Under the pieces are notes generated by a model, which saw only the letters and a list, made by a program, of their open reading frames with translations, made no database searches and had not been told where the DNA came from. From contig OZ024740.1 in NCBI GenBank assembly GCA_964016885.1, forward strand, positions 167,338,001 to 167,402,000: a stretch of 64,000 nucleotides of DNA. The letters run 5' to 3'. This DNA is from Eledone cirrhosa (lineage: Eukaryota). Each line of letters begins with the position of its first letter. Position 1 is the stretch's first letter. This document shows, in pieces, positions 29,875 to 43,245 of this stretch. A program made the translations under genes and the position numbers.

Positions 29875-30123
29875 TATAGTTATAGAGGTATTTATTTACG
29901 CTTTAATTTATATTTTTAATTATCGTGTCTATAGTCTGCCTTTCATAGGTTATAGTTTCCGTACACTGGTGGTTTTTTCCCTGTATTATTGATAACGCAC
30001 TATATATCTCTCTCTGGTGTGTTACCTTCTCAACATATTATATTCTAAAGGGCTCAGGATCTCTTCCCCTTTGAGCACATTATTTACAGGGAATAACGAC
30101 GGCCTATGCCTCCGTTAATTTAT

Positions 30124-30177
<54 letters not shown>

Positions 30178-30209
30178 ATATATATATATAATTATTTATA
30201 TATATATAT

Positions 30210-30328
<119 letters not shown>

Positions 30329-30623
30329 CTGTACGCACACGATAAACAACAGATGCCACGTGTTGTCCCTCTCCGACAAATAACCTTTCCCCCTCGGAAA
30401 ACCGCTGGCTGATGGATGTGAAATCCGAAGGATAGGGACAATTAAATCACTTCCAAAGTAAATCTATCTCGTGATTTATTTTTACACTCTTTCTTACGTT
30501 CTTCTACACCCTCTACGTCTCATTCTAAATTTCCGCTTACATCTCCCTCTCTCTCTCTCATTACCACCCGATTCTGTTACCTGGAGATTTACACATCTGC
30601 ATTGCTGAGGCTTCCAAAACGTT

Positions 30624-30669
<46 letters not shown>

Positions 30670-31551
30670 TATGAACATATTTGACAGAGGAGGAATAAAA
30701 TGTCTACCAGAAATATTTTCCATGAGTCATAAATTGTAAGTTTGTAAGAAGTATACAGCAGAATAAAACCAATAAAACAGTTAAAAAAACCTGTGGCGGC
30801 TGAAGATAAATTTTTGGATTAAATATTGTATAATTTGTTGACATTTGTTTCTTCTCTCTATTATCTGTACCCTGTGCTTTTCCTCGATGCCAACCTTATC
30901 TTTCTTCAATTATATCTCTTCCGCTGTCACTCCAGTCTATCGCTCGCAGTTTCTATTCGATTGAAAGTTCCCTTTGACTGTCATATTTTTATCTTACAGC
31001 CGTTCTCCGATCAGTGCGCATGCCCACACTTTCATGCTTTCTCAAAGAAATAATTTTAGTTTATTCCCTCTCCGTTGAGACTTTATAAGGTTTAGTGTCT
31101 GATGGCGCGATAGAGCTGAAGACGCAGCCACGTCATTACAAAGGATTATTTTTATATTGAGTGGGTGGGGTGGGTATATTGTGAGGAGAAAACAGAGGAA
31201 AAAAAGTTAACAGATTCCGCCTTGCTGATGTCCTTGTTTGACAACCGAGATTTTAAGGAATTGACTCCATCTCACTCGTTCTTGACTGCTCTGACGAACA
31301 CCAATGACTAATAGATTACAAACATATCGAGATGTTCCTGATTTCTTCTGGAAAATGAAAACGTTTCTGTAAGGAAGATATCATAAGAAATCTACAGTTG
31401 TTTATATTATATGTTTGTATTTCCAGACGAATATCTCTACCTATTTATTTCTTCATCTATCTATCTGCCTGTCTCTCCTTAAATAGATAAAGAAGGAACT
31501 AGTTACTTCCAGTAAAAGAAACGCACACACACATAAACACACACACACACA

Positions 31552-31643
<92 letters not shown>

Positions 31644-32040
31644 TGCAAAGTTTTTGATATGAAATCGTGTGTCGAAACAAATATTGTTATATATATTTGG
31701 GGAGGGTCATATTGTTATAATATTGCCAGAAATAATAATAGAACACACTCACTGTTTGGTTTGGGTTGGTTTTCGCTTCTGTATCTTTTATATCTCCATA
31801 GTTAATTTATCTAGCAATCAATGTTTATTATCGATTCACCAACGGTTAAAAATACAGATATGAAAAAATATATATATAGTCTATAAAAAATCTGGACATT
31901 ATCAGTGGTACTATTATGTTTCCTCCCGTTGTATTGTAATGTCTACACCATTTTTATTTTTATTTATTCATTTATTTATTTTTCTCGGCTGTTACACACA
32001 CTTCTGCAAATTCCACGTCATTAATTATCTAACACTATAG

Positions 32041-32226
32041 TGCGGTGGATTGGCAGTATCGGTAGAGGGTCGGAAGCCATGCTTTGACGCATTGAGTTAC
32101 GGCTCTTGCCATTCTGAGTTCAAATCCCGCCGAGGTTAACTTTGCCTTTCATCCTTACGGGGTCGATAAAATAAAGTACCAGTAATGTACTGGGTAATTG
32201 CTGGCCTTGTGCCAAAAGTAGAAACA
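32041..32226 (+). mobile_element. tRNA-derived SINE with Deu/Nin-like central domain; 17-bp TSD
   Basis: A-box-like tggcagtatcgg, B-box gagttcaaatcc, and core ttgcctttcatccttacggggtcgataaaataaagtacc. TSD attaattatctaacact at 32020-32036 and 32227-32243. Confidence 0.88.
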
Positions 32227-34024
32227 ATTAATTATCTAACACTCAAAACTAAATCGCACAATTAATATATCTGTTTCTCTGTTCAAAGACTCACACATTT
32301 CCTCGCTAGCCATTTTTCTTTCCAACAACAAAGCATATATATGTATCTTCGGGCATCTTGTTCAAATCGCTTATTGCATCGAAAGCTCTTGTAATCTATC
32401 AATACTTCTGTGGCAAAATGCTATATATCTTTCGATAACATACGCCCAGTATTTCCGATCCTCAATCTATTCAAACTACTGTAATTCAATTTTATTTAAA
32501 CTCTTTGATCTATTCATTAGGACTTGTACACTTCTTTGTTTAACCAAATCAAACTAAAAGGAATGTGAGGCAATGCGACGCCCTTTGAAGATAATATTAT
32601 CGAAAAACATTGCATTTATAATAATCGTGGTAGAAACATTAACTTGCCTCTGCCCCTGCAAGGTACAACTTTGTGTAAGAAATTCTATATTTCCGTATTT
32701 ATTTGATGATTTAATATTAATTTGTTGTAGCCTCAGAGTTCGTTATAATTTAAACTAATGAGCAGATAGAGTATTTGAAGAAAATAATTTACTGTTTATT
32801 GAAAGGGCACACGCAAATATAAAACGAATTATATAAGAAGCCCTAATGAAAAGATCTGATGCACACACACACACGCACACGCACACACACACACACACAT
32901 ATATATACACATATTTCTAAAAAGATATCTAATCGGTGGATGGTTTTGTTTCGAATGTGAGACAAATCTGAGTAACAAATACTGAAACAGAAGTAATTAA
33001 AAAATCTCTGAATTACATTTAAAGAATGACTGACCATGCGTAAATTCGGATTCAAATTCGTATAATTATTCAATTCTAACTGCAGAAGTTTTCATTCCTT
33101 GAAAGCCATCAAAGAGATTGGAGTAAGGGGCATAGGGGGATACGAGTGGAGTAATCTATAATATTTGCTAATTGATTTGAATTACAAATTCTCTAAGATC
33201 CGAGTTCGTGATCAGATTTTGATTCGATGTTGTATTGACTTAAGAAAAGCATGAATGTCTCAAACATATGTTGAATTCAAAAGTTTTAACTAAACCCAAC
33301 GTAATACGTGCATTGAATTTATTAACTGACTCTCAGATTTATTTTTGTATACCATATATATTTTCCCTATTTTTTATTTCACTTTATTCATATTTATTTC
33401 ATACGGAATTATTTTGTTCTAACAGATTAAAAAAATATATATTTTCCATTATTCAATATGTATAACCGACCCCTTCCCCTCTTAAGTAAATACTGTCCCT
33501 ATCCTTACCACATGGTGTTTTTTTCACAGGAACCCAAGGTTATTCGAGTAGACATAGAGGTATATAAAATAGTATATTAACTATATCAATCTAACTAACC
33601 TATGATTAACTTCTATCATATACAATTCTCTTCCCACGCTTAGGCAAGATATCAATTATACACAATCATCTTTGTGGATGACAATCACCTAGTCTGAAGA
33701 AGATACTTAAACTCAATTATCGTTCCAATTAGGGTGAAAATGGACATGGTAATTGCAACATCGCGTGATATAGGTAGTTACTATCGACCTTCCGATGACA
33801 GTGTATCGTTTCAGTATTAAGATACTTAGGCAATTCATCAATATTTTTGTAGATATCACTGTATGATATAAAACTTTGAAACGAGGCGCGTTTCTGGCAG
33901 AATAGCTTATCAGAGAAAAACGAAAATTATTAACTAATGAAGTTTTAAGCCAGAAACAACATTCCTCGCAGTATGCAATTTAATATATTGTTTGGACTTT
34001 TTTTGCATTATTGTGTGTTGATAA

Positions 34025-34238
34025 GGGCGGTGGATTTTCAGGATCAGTAGAGCATCGGACAATATGTTGCAGCATAGAGTTACGGCCCTTTACGGTCTGA
34101 TTTCAAATGCTGCTGAGGTTAGCTTGGCCGGTCATTCTCACGGGGTCGATAAAATAAAGTGACAGTGACGCAGTGGGGTCCATTTAATCGACTTTCACCT
34201 CCCCCCAAATTGCTGGCCGTGTGTCTAAAGTAGAAATG
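34025..34238 (+). mobile_element. Diverged copy of the same SINE family
   Basis: Aligns by eye with 32041-32226 from ggcggtggatt to aaagtagaaa. Confidence 0.8.
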
Positions 34239-34239
34239 A

Positions 34240-34345
34240 AGCATGTCGTCGTTGATCGAGTAGCAGAGGTGTAAAAATATACCATTCTGGATAGATCCAT
34301 TGACGACAACATTCACCTTATACGATACATCATAGAGAGAGTGCG
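34240..34345 (+). mobile_element. Short decayed Tx1 RT fragment
   Basis: Matches 10318-10430 (agatccat.gacgacaac.t.cacct.at.cgatacatcatagagag). Confidence 0.75.
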
Positions 34346-34915
34346 TAAGATACCTAAGATACATTATAGAGAGAGAGTGCCTAAGATACCTAAGATACAT
34401 CATAGAGAGAGTGCCTAAGATACCTAAGATACATTATAGAGAGAGTGCCTAAGATACCTAAGATACATTATGGAGAGAGTGCATAAGATACTTAAGATAC
34501 ATCATAGAGAGAGTGCCTAAGATACCTAAGATACATCATAGAGAGAGTGCCTAAGATACCTAAGATACATTATAGAGAGAGTGCCTAAGATACCTATGAT
34601 ACATTATAGAGACAGTGCCTAAGATACCTAAGATACATTATAGAGTAAGTGCCTAAGATACCTAAGATACATCATAGAGAGAGTGCCTAAGATACCTAAG
34701 ATACATCATAGAGAGAGTGCCGAAGATACCTAAGATACATCATAGAGATAGTGCCTAAGATACCTAAGATACATCATAGAGAGAGTGCCTAAGATACCTA
34801 AGATACATTATAGAGAGAGTGCCTAAGATACCTAAGATACATTATAAAGAGAGTGCCTAAGATACCTAAGATACGTTATAGAGAGAGTGCCTAAGATACT
34901 TAAGATACATCATAG
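34324..34915. repeat. ~34-bp minisatellite, ~17 copies (gatacat[c/t]atagagagagtgcctaagatacctaa)
   Basis: Direct reading; period 34 (e.g. 34500 to 34534) with 32-36 bp variants. Confidence 0.95.
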
Positions 34916-35227
34916 AAGACCTGTAATAAATATTCCCATGTTTTCAATCAAAACTTTTTAGTGTGATGACAACTCTACATGTTTCGCTATCTTTCACACA
35001 CACTCCCTCTCTCTCACTGTATTTTTCACTCAAAAACAACAATTACACACTGTTTTTTTTTCTTGAAACAAATTTTAATTCTATCTATCTTTAACACACA
35101 CACGCCATCTCTCTCCACGGCACCTGCCCTTATAGTGAACGTCTTTTTTTAAATCTGTGTTGCGTTGTCTATATATTAAAGAAAATACAGAATTATACAC
35201 ACAAATAACCCCGCCAAACATAGACTG

Positions 35228-35231
<4 letters not shown>

Positions 35232-35324
<93 letters not shown>

Positions 35325-35345
35325 TCTCTATCTCGCTCTCTCTCT
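35232..35345. repeat. (CT)n microsatellite
   Basis: Direct reading. Confidence 0.95.
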
Positions 35346-35449
35346 TTCATTGTATTTTTCTTTCAATAACAATAACACCAACAACCTGGCATAATTAAAT
35401 TCTTTTTAAACCCGTGTTTCGTTGTCTACGTGTTGAAGAACATACAGAA

Positions 35450-35460
35450 ACACACACACG

Positions 35461-35552
<92 letters not shown>

Positions 35553-35565
35553 TACACATACACAG

Positions 35566-35640
<75 letters not shown>
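35450..35640. repeat. (CA)n microsatellite
   Basis: Direct reading. Confidence 0.95.
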
Positions 35641-35642
<2 letters not shown>

Positions 35643-38177
35643 TAATCAACCAACAAAAAACTCTGTATTTTTTTCGTTCATTCACACGTTACCTTTCAGT
35701 TAGAGAGAGGGAGAGGTTGAGTGAAGGAGATGTGAAGTAGTATTTCCCTCTCTATATAGGGAGAGCACGACGGACGGGCGACAGACAGACATGTCTTTTA
35801 TTGTAGTATAGATTGTTGTTGTTGTTTTAGTTATCCAGCTTGATTTTCTATTTTTCTGACACATTTATTTACCTCCCTCACATTCCTATCAATTTCATTC
35901 CTTATCTGTCATTCACTGCCAACCTCTCTGTATAACTCTCCCTCTCACCCATTCTCACTTACACTCTTTAATGCCGACGCATGTCTTTGTCTCTTCTAGA
36001 TGTCCTTTCGAAAGGGAAAGACATAAACCCTCCCTAATTCACATAATGTTACCTCGCACACGTTCTTCAGGCATTTTGTACGAAAGTTAGCATGAGAGAA
36101 AGGTGCAACAGCAAGGGATAGATAGAGAGGAAAAGGAATATGAAAAGAAAAGTGAAAAATAAAATAGAACGAAAGTACCATCAGAGAAAGTAAAATCGAT
36201 AGAGATTAGCTGTAGCTAGTGAGGTCGGACGAATGGATCCTAAACAACGGTGCATCAATAAAGCATGAAGGTTGCCTAAGACTGTTAAAAGATGCATACA
36301 AACAAAATCCTAAAACATTGCATTCTGATACATAAACCCAATCACATACACAAGTATATTCCGCGTACAAGCAGAGAGCACTTAAGAGATAGTGAACGAC
36401 ATGCTTTGTCCGTCTCTGTTGTGACTTATCACTTGCTGGAGAGTTGAATGAATGTAAATTCACAGAGTTTTAAATTTCTCATCGCAAACCAAGCAATCAT
36501 ATGTTTAAACTTGAAATCACCGACCATTTGTAATTATGGATGTCTTTATGCTGGAAGAAGGTTTTCATAATACAGAGTGCATTATTAGAACAGGAATTCA
36601 CTAAGACCTCTCCAGTCATATTTAGATCGGGATTGAAATACAACAGCAAGTCAAGCATAACATACATTGTTATTTGACCTGTTAGATATGGCAGCGAAAT
36701 ATCCCTTAACGCTATAAACCCCTTTTTTCTTCCTGTAGCATTAATGCTATGTCAATGAAACAGTGTAAACGACTGATAGGCAAATGTTTCTGCATTACAA
36801 AAATGTTGCTGACGTCATCATGTTAATGATGACACCATGAGTTTTAACCAGATGGGTTTAAAATCTAGTAATATTTTTGTGTTAACAATTATTCCAGAAC
36901 CACCACTAAGGCTATGTAATAGGTATTGAAATAGGTACGGTCATGTACCTTCCCGTTGACATGGATAATAAAACAACATCAATGCAATGTTAAAGTTTTG
37001 CGAAAGCTTTGTTGCTAAGGTAACCACATGCTTGCCATGAAAATAATGCGGTTGCCGTAGCAAACTTTGCAATGCAACTCAAAAGATTGGTAATGTTGAT
37101 TGGCCATATGTGTTTTGGTTACAAAGCTGTATTGTCAAATTTATAACAAGAAAAATGAACGATATATACTGTCTCCATACCAAAGAGATGTTTCTTTAAA
37201 ATCCGTTACGTGAACATTTCACATGGTAAATTTTAAGAAGTTCTCCAATCTAAAAATATCTGCTTCCTTTCAAAAGTTATTCAGAAAGAAAAAATCACAG
37301 CAAAGGGATCTAATAGTCCCCTCACTGTATAATAGGGGTTAAAATGCACAATAACGTCATAAAAAAAGTATGTATTGAGTAGTGTATTCAAGAGCATATT
37401 GTATCTAAACAGAAAATACGGAACTGTTACATCTAAAATATTTATTTATTTCCGTTTTTGAAGCAATCTATTATTTATCTAATCCCTATATTTCTATTGT
37501 TTTTCACGAAACCGGTGGTTAAGATGTCTTCTGTTCCCTTCTCAGCTGGAACTATCATAAAACAAATGAAATTATACTTACGCCTGTTCTTTTATTCTTT
37601 CTTTGTATTCCCGCCGCCACTTAGCAATCTCCGCCTTCTCCATCACACCTACCAACCCATTATGTTGGCATTAATTGAATTACAACATTCGAGGATTGTC
37701 TGTGATGGTTATAACACTGAATAAGCAGGCTGTCACCAACTCGAATCGGCCCTTTGTTGTCCATTTTCTATTCTATTTTTCTTTTCGATATAATCCCCTT
37801 GCCTTATAGAACTAATTCTGCAATTAACATCTGATAAAATTGTCTACGTCTTGCATCATCATCTGATGATAAGGCTGGGACATCGAAATGTCTATAATGC
37901 TTTCACAGAATTAAGAGTTTGGGATAGGATTTCGAGTCAGTCCTTCTGTTGTTTTAATAAATACTTAACTCCGTCCATGCACCACCCACAGGATCTCACA
38001 TCTATGATGGATATTTTGCAAAACGTTTAGTGCTTTAGTTAATTCATCTAGGCGTTGTTGAAATAGGCGCATGACCTCAGCTGAAGATATGCTAGTATAT
38101 ATGAAGCGTGCATCAAGGTTGAATGCGTACTAGGTATTTATTGTCGTATCGTATGGGATATTCTTTTATAGAGATCT

Positions 38178-38377
38178 NNNNNNNNNNNNNNNNNNNNNNN
38201 NNNNNNNNNNNNNNNNNNNNNNNNNNNNNNNNNNNNNNNNNNNNNNNNNNNNNNNNNNNNNNNNNNNNNNNNNNNNNNNNNNNNNNNNNNNNNNNNNNNN
38301 NNNNNNNNNNNNNNNNNNNNNNNNNNNNNNNNNNNNNNNNNNNNNNNNNNNNNNNNNNNNNNNNNNNNNNNNNNNNN
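38178..38377. other. Assembly gap (200 N)
   Basis: Run of N; the fixed size suggests a scaffolding join, so contiguity across it is not base-level evidence. Confidence 0.99.
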
Positions 38378-38749
38378 CACACACACACATATATATATAT
38401 ATTAAAAGAAAGGGATTTGGACTACTACGCAACAATTATTGAATTTCCGTCTATCAAATCACATTTTTTTAATGTGCTGACCAGTGAAATCGAATACGGA
38501 ATCCCCTGGTTGCTAACTGAACACATTAACCACTCGGACATAATTCCGTCCAGAATCCGTCACATAGTAAATGAAATGATAATCCCACGCTGACACAAAT
38601 TTAAATTCCTTCAATGTATACTAAATAACCTCCAGCTTATTGCTACAAAGTGACATTAATAAATATATTTATGAAGTATTAGTGATTGATGATTGCATGA
38701 CATAGAAATATCAACCAATACACTTTATTATTACTATCATCATCAGCAG

Positions 38750-39234
38750 GGGCAGGCAGTTTTTATCTGCCTGGTGGCCATGGTAAAATAGGTCGTATGG
38801 TTGATGCATCTGAAAGGGTTGAAGACGGGCACATTCCTCTTCGATGATGCCCTCATTAATGTTTTCAGTTTTCACATGAAAAGGAAAATCAGGTTAGAGA
38901 GGGAAGTGCTGCCTTCCAGCCAGTTTGTTGAAAGGTGGGTGAGAGAGGCAAGCATGGCCTGCTCTGAGTATGCGCCTGTAAATTGAAGGGGGAAACTGGG
39001 AGAGGGCACTTTCCCTGGTGGTCAGGGTCACCGTGGCTTTTTTAATGGGCTTAACTCCACCAATGTCCCTCGAAAGACTCCCCTCTATTGGGGAATTTTC
39101 CTTTGTTTCGTTTTTCTCATTTTCTGCGTTTTTTTACTTTACACGCTGAAATGCCGATTCGTACCGTCCGGTAACGTCTTGTGCTGTCCTTAATGTTATA
39201 CTTAATGTCAACCCTCGTGGTTAATAAAGAAAAC
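38750..39234 (+). mobile_element. 5'-truncated Tx1 3' end followed by (TTA)n
   Basis: Highly similar to 11876-12370; ends ccctcgtggttaataaagaaaac then (TTA)n. Confidence 0.9.
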
Positions 39235-39270
39235 ATTATTATTATTATTATTATTATTACTGTTATTATT

Positions 39271-39561
39271 AGTCTTAGCCATTGAAGTTATTTAACTGGA
39301 AAGTTTCTTCAAATGAACACCAAGCCGCTACCTACAGCAACAGATATTCAGGACGTATTGGCGGGTTCTTGCTGTTCCCAGCATGCATGCCTTTTGAAGT
39401 GTTCGATAAAACGGGGTTGGACTAATGTTCTTTAACCATCCTTGAAAACTCTTTGAGATAGTACCTAGTGTTCCTATGACAATCGGGACGACCTTGATGT
39501 CATGACAGTCCCAAATCCTTTTTAAATCCCACTTTAAATGCTGGTATCGGTTAATTTTCTC
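39271..39561 (-). mobile_element. 5'-truncated Dong/R4 3' end
   Basis: Colinear with 5944-6232 (aactggaaagttt...gatattcaggacgta...tttttaa.tcccacttta). Confidence 0.85.
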
Positions 39562-39716
39562 GAGTGAACGGGTCTGCTCTCAGTATGCGCCTGTAGACTG
39601 AGGAGTGGAAAAACTGAGAGAGGGTGGTTGCCCTGGTGGTCAGGGTGGCCGTGGTCGTTTGTGTGGTTTTCGCCACGAGTGACCCTGGGAGGTTTCCCCC
39701 TTCTTGGGGAATTTTT
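39561..39716 (+). mobile_element. Short Tx1 ORF2-end/3' UTR fragment
   Basis: Matches 12086-12238 (cgagtgaa.ggg.ct.ctc..agtat..ctgta...ccctggtggtcagggt...ttggggaattttt). Confidence 0.8.
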
Positions 39717-40479
39717 GGTAAGTATATACGTTCAACAATCTGGCAGGAAGGTATGCGTTGCTGACGATAGCTAATAAGCTTGAAACTAGTACAGCGTTCC
39801 TTTGTCAGTGTTGAACAAACGAGCAACGATGGTTGCTAGGCTTAATATGGGATGTTTGTTTACAAACACACCGAGCATTATAATAAATGTTCGGTGAATC
39901 TATATGTACATATATATATGTGTGCATGTATGTATATATATATATACATACTACTGTACGTCTGTATACATATATATATGTACGTGTACATACTTATATT
40001 TAAGTAACAGCCATACTAAGTGTGGGAAATGAAATTTCGTTTCATTTTTTCCGTTTATCGTTTTCAGTGCACCCAGCCGATTAACCCACTCGATATGCAA
40101 ATTGGGCTACTCAGCCGTTAATATGCATAAGGTAAGTATATACGTTCAACAATCTGACAGGAAGGTATACGTTGCTGACGATAGCTAATAAGCTTGAAAC
40201 TAGTACAGCGTTCCTTTGTCAGTGTTGAACAAACGAGCAACGATGGTTGCTAGACACTACGGCTTAATACGGGATGTTTGTTTACAAACACACCGAGCAT
40301 TATAATAAATGTTCGGTGAATCCATACGTACATATATACATGTGTGCATGTATGTATATATATATATATATACTACTGTACGTCTGTATACATATATGTA
40401 TGTACGTGTACATACTTATATTTAAGTAACAGCCGTACTAAGAGTGGGAAATGAAATTTCGTTTCATTTTTTCCGTTTA
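39717..40479. repeat. Tandem duplication of ~345 bp (period 414)
   Basis: 39717-40058 recurs at 40131-40479 with few differences. Confidence 0.9.
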
Positions 40480-40482
40480 TTA

Positions 40483-40580
40483 GCCGAGGTTGACTTTGCC
40501 TTTCATCATTAGGGGGTCGATAAAATAAAGTACCAGTAATGAACTGGTAATTTGCTGGCCTTGTGCCTAAAGTAGAAACA
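40483..40580 (+). mobile_element. 5'-truncated SINE (32041 family)
   Basis: gccgaggttgactttgcctttcatc...gctggccttgtgcctaaagtagaaac. Confidence 0.85.
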
Positions 40581-41383
40581 TTTAATATAATATATTGTAT
40601 TTATTGTTTCATTTGTTTTTTGTTGCGCCTTGAATCTTTTGCATATTTTATGCCCTTACTATTAAGTATTGTTTTGTTTTTCTATTATTATTTTTAGCAT
40701 TCCATGTCTCCACTCCGTCAAGTAGAGCTATCAATTATCTCTCATGGCTGTAGACAGCATGGTGAGAATTGAACTCAGGTTTTAGTTGCTACGGTTAAGT
40801 GGATGTTGTTAGTAGTCAGGTTGCAGCTTGCAAAAATCAAGTGCCCCTTCCATGACCGCAAACACATCAGAAAAAATGTCCCTATGGCGTGTTGAATTAA
40901 ATGTAGTATGGGGAGTGCATAAGTGGTTGAAAGTGAAATTATTGTGGTGGTGGTGGTGGTATAGAAGTTGGTTGGCTTCTGACAGGGAATAGCAGGAAAT
41001 ACTTCAAGGAAATTTTCAAAGTTCTGTCTATCTATGATGTCATCTAATTTAGTCTTATCTCAGTACTGTAAGACGTGTGATATAGAGGGAACATCAGTGA
41101 GTGAGTAAAGGAATTAGCAGTGTACTTAAGACGCCTGCAATCTATCATATACCTAACATCCTCAATCATTATCACAAGCATATTCTCATATACCGTCACA
41201 TATTCGTTAACACAAGCATGCATACGCTCAAACACACCAAACACGGGTTGAAAATCCACTAGGTGAAATGTGCGTCCTTGACTATGGTTTGCTAATTAGT
41301 TGTGGTACTAGGTCTATACGAAACTCGTCCTCTGGACTGATTGCCCTGCTTACTACGGATATAAACTCCAGGTTTTTAATACC

Positions 41384-41430
<47 letters not shown>

Positions 41431-41625
41431 TGATAATAATAAATGTGAAGAATAAAATCCGAAGAGGGCTCGCTAAGGATGATATATATATATAAACATA
41501 TATAAAACCGTAGAGCAAATATTTATTAAAATAACAGATTAAAGTTTAAGCAGAGAAAATCACGTTAATAGCGAAAGCAGCGATTCTTTGCTTAAATTTA
41601 AATGTTATTTTAATATATATATATG

Positions 41626-41721
<96 letters not shown>

Positions 41722-42787
41722 TAAAATAACAGATTAAAGTTTAAGCAAAGAATCGCTGATTTCACCCTTAACGGGATCTTCTGAAACTAACAAAGTCAAT
41801 CTGTAAACGCAGAACTGGATATTTCAAAAACGTTGCAACCGGAGGAAGACAGGAAGACGATACTTTGGTTCGTGGTAACGTTCGCTGGCAAAGAACGGGA
41901 AAAAACGAATAATACGTCATTAATAGGAGCGGTGAAAAACAATTACGCGCAAAGACAAATCCACGTTTATGGTATATAAATATATATATATATACATATA
42001 TAGACATATATATATATTGTATATTATATATATGTCTATATATATATGTGTGTGTGTGTACATAGATGTATATATGTGTGTGTATATATATATATATATG
42101 CGTGTGTGTATATATATATATATATGCGTGTGTCTATGTCTATCTGACAGTCGGTGTCTGAGCGTTTTTATGTCTGTATTTATGTATGTGCTTGTTCGTG
42201 TTTTGTATATATGAAAAAGCTTTTCTAACAAATTAACGTGATTGTGTTCAATTTTGAACTTCTCAAGAAGGAATTTTATATTAACTTGTAAGTTAATTCT
42301 GTATTTTTAGTTTGAATAATAGCTCTATATATCAATTTGCTTATTAGCGTTTCAAGACCTATACCTCCTCATTTTCAGAATACAAATATTAGTATTAATG
42401 GTAAGTTGCTCGTATGCAGGATAAATAGTTTGTAAGAAAATGATCCTCATTATAATTATTTAACTCTATTTGAAGAAAGGTTATATTACTTAATACAACC
42501 ATACTTTTACTACTTTCAGATTTATTATATCTATATATTTATCCTGTTAACAAGGGCAACGGCACTTAGCATTATTCCCAAAAATTAATCCATTCCGCTA
42601 AATGATAAAAACATTTGAGATCATACAGTACATTATTTAAATTGTACAAAGTTGAGTGTTGAAAGCTTCCATTAAAAGAACAAAATGCTATTTTCCCCCG
42701 TGAATTTCTCAGGATATGCGAAGTTAATGTTGATATGAGATTTACATATACATATAAATATGTACGTGCATTATCAATCATGTATAC

Positions 42788-42914
<127 letters not shown>

Positions 42915-43214
42915 TGTGTATGTGTGTGTGTGTGTGTATTGAATATGTTGAGAGACCATCTTAGTTGCGATTTGTCAAGATGATTGAAAGCTGAATGAGT
43001 CCATTCGATACAGAAATATACAGAACAAATCCATCAATGGTGTAAAGCATATGGTAATAAATTCAAAAACAGAACGATCATAAAATCTCAGGGCATGAAT
43101 AATAAATAATTATAAATCCAAGGGTTTAGAGAGGATTATACCAAAATAGACAACCCTACTATAAACCACGCTATGCCCGATCTACTACTAATGCTTACAG
43201 ATGTTTATATATAC

Positions 43215-43245
<31 letters not shown>

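Larger units (their letters stand above)
28974..30130. mobile_element. ORF-less element with a 537-bp unit: inverted copy plus A-B-A direct repeat, between (TA)n tracts; hammerhead in each arm
   Basis: 28974-29440 is the near-perfect reverse complement of ~29581-30046; 29441-29593 recurs at 29978-30130. Confidence 0.85.

Noticed and set aside
32041-32130. tRNA gene (A and B boxes present)
   Set aside because: No cloverleaf; it continues into a SINE body, has TSDs and recurs several times in the window.
34324-34915. CRISPR-like periodicity
   Set aside because: Head-to-tail repeats with no unique spacers and no cas genes, in a eukaryotic context; the unit derives from a LINE.
36716-37342. piggyBac-like ends (taaacccct ... 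aggggttaa) with a weak internal inverted repeat
   Set aside because: Only 5 bp of terminal match and an imperfect left TTAA; too weak to call.
38113-38593. ORFs spanning the N-run
   Set aside because: Artefacts of the assembly gap.
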